From Ramazzottius varieornatus (lineage: Eukaryota; Animalia; Tardigrada): a DNA stretch of 64,000 nucleotides. The position numbers and the translations under genes are program-made. The notes beneath the pieces are model-generated. The model had not been told where the DNA came from. It saw nothing but the letters and a program-made list of their open reading frames with translations, and did no database searches. Of the stretch, positions 55,655-64,000 are shown piece by piece. The DNA lies in NCBI GenBank assembly GCA_001949185.1, contig BDGG01000018.1:496001-560000 (forward strand). The letters run 5' to 3'. Position 1 is the stretch's first letter; every line of letters starts with the position of its first letter.

Positions 55655-57327
55655 CTAATCGTACCCACGAATCATCAATGCGGTATCCCAAGCTGTTTCG
55701 AACTCTTTCACCGGCTCCACGACAGCGTTGTCCTTGGTCACCACTGCCAGCTGGTACTACAAGGAAACAACCCAAGCATGCAATTTCCTTCGTTCTTTAA
55801 TATTACTCAGTAATCTTCCTTTAAAAAAGGGGCTCTCACCTTGTTGCTGGACTCGCGATTGCGATAGTACAGTAATCGCAGCGCGTGGATCGCCGCCACC
55901 CGAGCGGTCTTTTCATCCAGTTCCGGGTTCTTCTCCACTTGATCAGCTAAGAATGGCTACGTAAGAAACAGACACATTACTTAGAGCCATTCATTTGTCA
56001 AGGAAGCACGGCCTGAATCGAGAGGCTGGCTAACGAAACGGGCACGATCCCTATTTCGAGTGGCGCACACTTCCAGCCATAAACACCGATAACGTGCGTC
56101 ACTTGGGAAACCAATCAAACTCGACAAGATCGGTTCTCCAAGCGGCGCAGGCTTCCAGCCAGCAGCAACGAAAACGTGCGCCATTTGAGACAATATTGTG
56201 CGCCACTTGAGATGACGATATTGTGCGCTTCAGTGGCTCGCCTCTCCATTTGGTACGGAGTGTTCACCTGTGCGATGAAACGGCCAAAGCCGGTAGCGAC
56301 ATAAGGAGAGGTGTAACTAATTCCTAGCATGGTCAGACCACCCAAATACCTGCAAGCATTCCCTGGCATACTTCTTGTCAGAAGGTCTCGACCTATAAAG
56401 AACACTTACGGGCGATTGGTTTCCGTCTCGTAACCTCCAACAACGTAGCTATTCCACAAAGGATCAATTTTTGATCGGCTGAAAAGATACCATGAAAACA
56501 AAATTCGTCTTTGGAAATACTTCGAGGCTACGTCAGCTTACGCGTTGTAAAGGACACGGGTCAACCAGCTATGCAGAGATTTCGGGCTCCATTCGTAGCC
56601 ATCATCGGAGTTGAAGTCTCGAATCCTGCAATACAACGCAACAAGTCAGATATCTGAAAAAAATTGTTGTTTGTTTTTCTTGACCGGAAACTATTCGCAA
56701 CCTCGGCAAAAAGACTCGACCAGATCGTTTCCTTAAGTGGCGCATGCTTTCGGTGTTAGTGGCTGGAGGAGTACGCCACTTGGGAAGAACGATCTTATCG
56801 AGTTCGTTCGTTTTCCCAAGTGGCGCACCTCTACCGTGTCCTGGGCTGAGAGGGTGCGTCACTCGGGAATCGACCTTGTCGATATTTTGAATAACGCGCG
56901 ACAATTCGGAAACGCACATTAAGAGTTATGGCTTTAGCTTACGATTGTTTGCCGATGTGTTGTTCGATAAACTGGAAATCGGCGTAGTCACCCGACATGG
57001 CCAGGACGGTATTCTTGTTGACTTTCAGCAGACGAGGTACGGTCCTGATCTTGCATAGTGTTCCGTAAGACCCAACGGTATCCGCTGCTAAAACGATGCC
57101 ATCCTTGAACGCTACCCCTATCACAGCTGTTCCGGAAACACTTGGGCCTCTGAAAGAAACCTCAGTTGAATATACAGTACACTGGAAGATCATACGAGTG
57201 AGGAAGTATAACTATCTTACTGCGAATGTTGCTTCGGAGTAGCCGAGTGACTTGACGAGGTTCTCCCATCCAGTGGTACTTTCAGGTCCCGCAGGAGTGC
57301 GGAGTTGATATCATAACGATGAGCCAT
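55655..57327 (-). CDS. PSMB4: Proteasome subunit beta type-4 (beta7), 7 exons
   Basis: GTAVIGVAFKDGIVLAADTVGSYG; SGDYADFQ; PKSLHSWLTRVLYN; RSKIDPLWN; VATGFG; LYYRN; WDTALMIRGYD*. Confidence 0.93.
56050..56215. repeat. Family A, 2-3 units (PSMB4 intron 5)
   Basis: GTGGCGCAC-N25-GTGCGTCACTTGGGAAA; linker CAATCAAACTCGACAAGATCG. Confidence 0.88.
56712..56885. repeat. Family A, 2 units (PSMB4 intron 2)
   Basis: AAGTGGCGCAT..GTACGCCACTTGGG and CAAGTGGCGCAC..GTGCGTCACTCGGG. Confidence 0.88.
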
Positions 57328-57871
57328 CTCTGTAATGTAGAACAAAGCCAATAAAGACAGTCACGATATAGCAAAAGTGACGAAAACGTAAACGACGGAA
57401 TACTATTCCAGTATGAGATGGATTTCTCTATCGACACTTCGCCTAGCTCACTTTTGTTGATCACGATTCCTTCCCGCCGCAGGTATTCCCGAGTCCGTAA
57501 AGCTGTAGGAAACCAGTCAGCATATGTCACTGGAAACAAAGGGCAGCTCAAGAACAGAACGATGGGAGATTCGCTGCTTCTAAAGAATTAAAAGATCCTA
57601 GAAAATTAGAAATAATGCTGACTAATATCGCTACAGTACTAAGTTTGCGAATCCTAGTTCTCGTAGTTTAACGCCATGTCATACAGTATGCCATGTTATA
57701 CTACGTCACGTATGATTGTTACGTTATGCCATGAAGTACATTATGCAAGCCTTTGTTGTGATTGTCAGCCTGCATTTGACCATTTCATCGAACTCAACTC
57801 TCCACTTTTCGGGTATTCTTCTTCCAGGTTGGCTTTCTGCAACTCTGCAAGCACAAGAAGTGGGACTTCCA

Positions 57872-60399
57872 ATGGACGGCTGCGAAACGAAGAAGGATCC
57901 ATGCCGTCCAGCAGCATACCGACTGGGTGATGTCATCTACAGGAGCCAGCCCTGGGTTTATTCCGTCCTTCAGGATACGGCTCCGTTGGCCTGCTACCGA
58001 TGCCTCCGTACTCCTTTTTCCAGTGACCGTTCAGTCCAACTGCAAAACAAGCCACCACTCCGAAGATGCGCCCAGTGCAAGTTTGCTCATTACTGCTCTC
58101 AGCAATGCCAGGTACGAACCGTACCGCTTTCATCAAGCAGTTCCACTTCCGGTTGAAGTTTTTCTTTGCTACAGAAAGAAGACTGGACGGATCGGCACCA
58201 ACCCGAATGCAAGATCCTCTCTAAACTCGCTCGTAGTAGTGACCAGCTATCGCTGGACGTCTTGCTTATCTTACTGAAAATCATAATCAGACTAAAGGTG
58301 GGTACGGATACTTGGACGTCGGTCAGATAATTCACCCAGATCGTTCTTCCCAATTGGCGCACGCTCTCGGTAATAGCAATGGTAACCTGCGCTAGTTCCA
58401 AGATCGACGCCTCAAGTGACGCACATTCTTGGCCAGTAACAATGGAACCGTGCGCCACTTGAGGTGATAATCTGGATGAAACCATTCGGCCGACGTCCCC
58501 ACGCTGGAAAAATATCAGAGAATGCAAATTTTCTTTCTGTTCTTAGAAAGAACAGATTGGAGACGAGATAGGTGCCTGTTCACCGCCGTCAGCTCGTACT
58601 TTCAACCAGCTGATGTCCCACGAGGACGAGCTGAAGGGCAGTCCAGGTGTGGTGATGCTGTACAAGGCTTGGAAGCCCTACATTGCGGTGCTGGACAAGG
58701 AGGGCACGGTTTGCCAGGACTTGGCATCGTTCGTCGGTCTGTATGGACGATTTCATACTAATGGCTTCTCCATTGCCGACTACTTCGCGGGCAATATCGG
58801 TAAAGGTTTGTACTTGGCGCCGTCCATCATCGACCACTCCTGCGACCCCAATGCCGTGCAGTTCTTCGTGGGCAAGACCATGGTCGTCAAAGCCATTCGC
58901 GACATCCCGTCTCTCGAAGAGGTAAGTGGAACCTTCTCGACGAAATTTTCAATGAAGCTAAAATTAAGTCTGAATAACTTTGATATAATATGGGATGGCG
59001 GCGAATGGATTTACCCAGATTGTTTTCCTCCGTGACGCACTTTCTCATTGTTATTGGCTGGAAGCGTGCGCTACTGGAGATTGACGATCTTGTACGTCTT
59101 GTTTACCGGTCTCCATTCTAGTATCAGGGCTTTCTCAGTTTGTGGTCCAGAACTATCAATGCACTATTTTGATCTCAAGTTGACATTTTGGTGGTGATGA
59201 TGTAAAGGTTCGCATCGCCTATGACTCGACATTTGCGGTCCGCCAAGTTCGTCAAGCGCAATTGGGTCGCCAGTATTTCTTCAGCTGCACATGTTGTTTC
59301 TGCGCGGATCCACAGCTGGTAACCGTCAGCCGTTTCGTTACCCTTCCCACCTTCTTTTTCCAGATACTCCCGATCCCGATTTCCTTAGATGTTTCCATCT
59401 CTCACTGACAAGCAACAGTCGACCAAATGCAACCCACAAAATGTACCTATAGCTATTATTCCTACTAACACAAAGCTTCCCAATACTGCTCTTTATAATT
59501 CTATGCTTTGGCTTTTTTTGCATTCTTCTGTTCTCAAGGAGGCGCAGCGGTACGCAGTTCAGTGTGGCTCAAAGACCTGCGGAGAAGCCATCCCGCTCCT
59601 CCTGCAGGCAAAGACCGACAAATGCAACTTTTTCTGCCCGAAATGTGGGCAGGACAATCAGAAGAGGATGCAGGAAGCTAGAGCCTTAACAGTCAAGCTG
59701 GTGAATATGCAAGTGAAGAAAGCGGACAACCAAGAAAATAGAGTAGAAACATTGGTGCTGGAGAAATTAGCCCTGGAAGCCAGAGGACTCTTACACCCGA
59801 CCAACTTCCTGTACGGCCTGCTTCTGCGAGACTTGCATGCCGCCTTGTCGGCTGAAGGAAAGAAGGACAGGGCCTTCGCTTATCTACAAATGGCACTTCT
59901 TCCAATATCGTAAGAACGAACCGTTTATATCCTGCAAGCTCTAACAGACAAGTGGGACAATTTCTGCATACAAACTCGACACGATCGTTTGTTCAGGTGG
60001 CGCACGTCTTCGGTGTCATAAGCCGAAAGCGTCCTCCACTTGGAAAAGAAACGATCCCGTCGAGGCTGGCTGTTTTGCCAAGTGGCGCACGTTCGCAGTG
60101 TCATAGGCCGAGAGGGTGCGCCACTTGAAAAAAAACAATCTCTTCCAGCTTATTTGTCGAGTTTCCTTGGGTTGGTTATATTTTGCAGGGTTCATGTTCA
60201 TCCATTCGAAAGTGCTTCGACGGAAGCGCTGTCAGAAATCATCCACTACCATATGGAAAAGGGGCAAGTCAATGAAGCATCGGAAGCTCTGACGAAGTTG
60301 GTGCGTCGATTGAAGATCGTTCCGGGTGAAGACAGCGAAGTCTTCGAAGAATACCATGGGCTACTGATGGACTGCCGCAAGTCCATCAAGAATATCTAG
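57872..60399 (+). CDS. SMYD-family (SMYD3-like) SET/MYND lysine methyltransferase
   Basis: MYND finger CYRC..CAQCKFAHYCSQQCQKEDW..HQPEC; SET motif GLYLAPSIIDHSCDPNA; post-SET YFFSCTCCFC; helical C-terminal domain. Confidence 0.9.
58335..58470. repeat. Family A, 2 units (SMYD intron)
   Basis: CAATTGGCGCAC and CAAGTGACGCAC-N25-GTGCGCCACTTG. Confidence 0.85.
59020..59095. repeat. Family A, 1 unit (SMYD intron)
   Basis: GTGACGCAC-N25-GTGCGCTACTGG..CGATCTTGT. Confidence 0.8.
59975..60160. repeat. Family A, 2 units (SMYD last intron)
   Basis: CAGGTGGCGCAC and CAAGTGGCGCAC-N25-GTGCGCCACTTG. Confidence 0.88.
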
Positions 60400-62837
60400 C
60401 CCCCCTGCTTGTTCACTCAACGTTTTTCTCCCTTCATTCTTGTCAAAATTTTAGTCTGTTCCGCTGTGATTGCCCTGACGATTTAATTGACCGGTAGAAC
60501 TGTTGTGCCGTGGCTCTGAAATGTGCTGAAGAATTAGCCTTAGCCCATCCTGCCATCAAAAGAGTGAAAACGATTATTTACGTTTATTATACAGTGCTGC
60601 CCCGCCATGTTTGTGCAACTTTTGAAAAATATTCGGGTTCCTGACAGTGAGCACGTACCTTTCTCGCCGCATTAATCTGTGATAACACATGCCCTGAGCT
60701 ATCTTTTAGCCGACGATTCTTTTTGGGAAAGGAAAAGTCTTGGACCAAAACTCAACGTCAACCGCGGAGAGGGATCGACCACAGGCGCTCGGAACGAGAT
60801 TCGTCCGTACCCATCCTCACGAAAAAAATTCGTTTCCCATCCGAGGCTTGTTTTCTAGTCCCAAAACATTTTTCTCTTCGGGTACGGTGTTTCTCCTTTC
60901 AGAAATGTTGTTGTGTGATTCAATAGAACTAACCATACCTACGCCCTGATTTTTAAAAGTCAAAAGTCGAAAAAAGGGGAAGGATGGAAGGACGTTTTCC
61001 CGAGTAGTTCTTCTCCGCATCGAACTTTTCACTTTTGACAACTTTTTCGAGTTTTTGTGCAGTTTTGAAAAAATCGCTCCTGTCCTTCGGCCAGAGGTAT
61101 TTCGTTCAAAATCATTTCAGACGCAGGCAAATTTATCTGGCTTTCTGACCAATCACAGTTTCAGTTCCACTCACGATTTCTATGCCGAAACCAAATTTTT
61201 GAAGTAATGATGGTTTCCTGGTAGACCCGAAAATTTTGGGCAAAACGTTCGGTTGCCTTTCGGGATTGAATCGTAGATTATTCTCTTCAGCCTCATCGGA
61301 CATCTTAAACTCTTGCTCATCATTTGCGGCCAATTTGGTCTCCGGAGATCAACTGTGGAGACCTGCAGAAAATTATTCGTTCATGGTTGGGAACTCTCGT
61401 TACCGCCAACAGCTCAAATCGAGTTTGCGAAACGACCGTTCTCGATCGAAAAGCAACCCCCATCTCAAAAGAGGCGGCATAAGCTAATGATTAGACTTCA
61501 ATGATTGGTTTGGAGGAAAAACTTGATCTGAATTTTTCACAAGACCTAGAAGTGAGTTGCACAAACTTGGCGGGGCCGCACTGTAAAATGACCCGTTTAT
61601 TCCATCAAACGCTTGTCATGTCGTTCTGGCCCTCCACCTACAGCACAAGCAGTTTACTCCTTCGGGTCGGTGTTACTCGTCCTACACATGTGTTAAAAGC
61701 TCACGGCAATGTTGGTACTACCCGAGTCAATGCCAATAAAACCCATAACGAAGTGACAAAGGTCATCAATTCAAGAGCGGGCGAATTCATTGTAGACAAA
61801 AAGTTTGTCTTATCAATACACCTATGAGGATGGTCCTTCTGGACCCGGCTAGCCTACATTAAAAAGGAAGGACTGGGGTCTAGCCTCGCAGCGGCAAATA
61901 TAACGGTGTCCTAGCCAGAGGCATAGAAATTCGCTTCGATGATGTCCCATGCCAGCTCCTGCCAAAGGGGTTCCTTCCTTATGGCGGATTATGGCGACGA
62001 AGGGTACTCCAGTCCGTTCATGTGGCGCTGCGACCATCCAATGCCCACGCAATGCTTGATTTGAAACTCAAAAACTTTATCGAACAAGCACAAGTCGGCA
62101 ATTGCCGAAGACGAAGATGGTCGTGAGCATGTGGTCGATACTTTGTAGGCTCGGTAGTCTTCACAAGCCATCAACCATCGTGCCAAAAAGGAGACACTTT
62201 AAAGAAGTTCTGAGAAGGCTGGTGCGTGGACCGAGGATTGTTGCGGGCCAAGACACTGATGAGGTCTTCAACGAGTGCGAGCGGCGTGCTAAGGGAATGG
62301 CTGAATACAAGCTGAAACATCTAGTACTAGTCCATCACTTTCATATTACAAATTCTTGTCGTTCATTTTTGCTGGACCTCTTGTACACCCTTTATTCCCA
62401 TGCTGAGTGTCGGGCGTTCGAGGGCTGGACTGTGTTTACATTGTGATTGTTGTGAGGGTGAGACTGAGTCCGAAAATCACTGTTCAGCTGTGGTGTCGAA
62501 AGTTCAGCAGGAACTAGCCTGTACCCAATCTGCCAAAGAGAATGTTTAGGACATTACCACAGTAGCTTTCTCCGCTATGTGGTACAGTTGGTGCGATAAT
62601 AAAGGGTTGTTGTACGGACCTCTCCCATTTCAGCAAGGTCACCGCCAAGTGCTTCGTCGGCTTCACTTTGGCGCAGATGGAGACCAGGTATTTTGTTGAT
62701 AACGAATAGTATCGCGTAGCTCACCGAGAACGCCCACGCAGCCTGTGACACGGTGGGTCACTTTCAGTACGTAACAAACTTCGGAGAAATGGAAGGACAA
62801 AATGGAGGCCGGTGAACGAACTTAACGCGATGGTTTT

Positions 62838-62890
62838 GCAAGTGGCGCATGCGTGCGGCCCAAAGCCGTGAAAATGTGCGCCACTTTTGT
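62838..62890. repeat. Family A, 1 unit (Amt intron)
   Basis: CAAGTGGCGCAT-N25-GTGCGCCACTT. Confidence 0.85.
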
Positions 62891-63245
62891 GCGTTTCATT
62901 TGCCGGCCTTGCTAATGTTTGAGCGTGCTTACAATGAGGGCAAATACGCCTGTTTGGTAGACAACCTGTATTCAGTTTCCTTCAATCATTCCACCGCGCG
63001 ACGGTGTGCCGTCCAAGTCTGTGATCCACTTTTGTGCAAACACCCCAGTCAGCACCATGCCCAGGAAGCCGCCAACACCATGCAAGCTTCCCGCATCGAA
63101 GGAATCGTCGATACCCCATCGCTTCTTCAAGCGGGAGCTGGTGTAACACCCCAGCGAAACCAGAGCCCCAATCACAATCGCCGCCCTAAACAATCCAAAT
63201 CGTTCATCAGTGATGCATGAACTCAACCGCGGGCTCGACAAGCAA

Positions 63246-63330
63246 GCTCGACCAGATCTTTTACAAGTGGCGCACTTCCTCCGTATAATTGGCTGAAAGA
63301 GTGCGCCTCATGGGAAAAACCGATCCGGAC
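63246..63330. repeat. Family A, 1 unit (Amt intron)
   Basis: CTCGACCAGATC..CAAGTGGCGCAC-N25-GTGCGCCTCATGGGAAAA. Confidence 0.85.
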
Positions 63331-64000
63331 GAATTTGTTTGCCGAGCTGCCAGACACCGTCTGGGTAGATTTTGATCGGACATACCACGGAGCAACGAAG
63401 CCAGAAGCAGGTGTGATGCCGAGCAGGCCGGCGATGACGCCCGAGCAGAAGCTAAAGGACGACAACTTGCGGGTGAAGATGAAATCGAACCATACCCAGG
63501 TCAGACCGCCGGCGGCTGCCGATATCGTCGTCACCACACCAGCCTGAAGAAAGATCTTCAGGAATTCGTGACTCTAACCACGACAACCGACCAAGAATGT
63601 AGGAATATACCATGGCAGCTCTGGTATTGGCGGCTCCGGCTGCTGCTGCATTGAATCCTAACACGATCAACAAGAGAGGTTACAGTAACTGTACGGCGGG
63701 AAGTTTGATGAGTGTGATGGTAGCTGGATTACCGAACCAGAGGACTCCAGTGCCGAACATCATGTTGACCAGGTTGTGGTGTTCCGCGTGGATAACCTTG
63801 CGTTTGCCCAGGACTAACACGTAGGCCAAGCCGGAGAATCCAGCGGCGACGTGGATTGGACCTCTGCCGGCAAAGTCATACACACCGATGAAGCACGGGT
63901 TTTCCAAAAAGTCAGGCTCACCCAGACAGGAAAAGTTTCTCAGGAAACCATGGTCCGCCCATGTCCTGCATGGAGACGGTTTTCATCGAACCAAGACTTA

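Larger units (their letters stand above)
62392..63965 (-). pseudogene. Ammonium transporter of Mep/Amt2 type, probably inactivated; 5' end outside window
   Basis: DFAGRGPIH, LWFG, GFNA, GVIAGLLGITPASGFV, DDSFDAGSLHGVGG and INKIPGLHLR..EMGE. In-frame TGA at 62972-62974 where Trp is expected (GN*IQVVYQ). Confidence 0.8.

Noticed and set aside
55959-56267. Family A as an intron-generating (introner) element
   Set aside because: Units lie internal to introns and do not supply splice sites, and the paralogous intron exists without them.
58825-58856. DHSC instead of NHSC as evidence of a dead SET domain
   Set aside because: This variant is common in invertebrate SMYD3-like proteins, and the other SET and post-SET motifs are intact.
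62972-62974. TGA reassigned to Trp, or selenocysteine, in the Amt gene
   Set aside because: TGA terminates intact genes here (RBBP4, succinyltransferase, SNX13), and the Amt copy has other lesions.

Overview
Eukaryotic DNA from a compact-genome invertebrate animal, with GT-AG introns mostly 55-350 nt; a tardigrade-like source is a low-confidence inference. The window alternates gene-dense blocks with transposon-rich blocks. Apparently intact spliced genes: ZNF598 (3' part), CFAP92-like, SNX13, a MetX-family serine O-succinyltransferase-like enzyme, PSMA6, RBBP4/7, PHAF1, a CNNM metal transporter, PSMB4, a SMYD methyltransferase, and two small secreted cysteine-rich (Tha p 2-like) genes. Broken copies: a hAT transposase, an SLC22 transporter, a Mep/Amt2-type ammonium transporter, two further Tha p 2-like copies, and duplicated CNNM and PSMB4 exons. 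Many MITEs retain readable TIRs and target-site duplications. The most unusual signal is two families of fixed-spacer inverted motifs found almost only in introns of the conserved genes. Family A is CAAGTGGCGCAC-N25-GTGCGCCACTTG in ~82-bp tandem units, present in 16 introns of 9 genes. Family B is ACCTGCATAC-N30-GTATGCAGGT, present in 5 introns. A duplicated PSMB4 fragment preserves the 'empty' version of one filled intron. All gene calls come from motif recognition by eye, not database searches; exon boundaries and element ends are approximate where stated.
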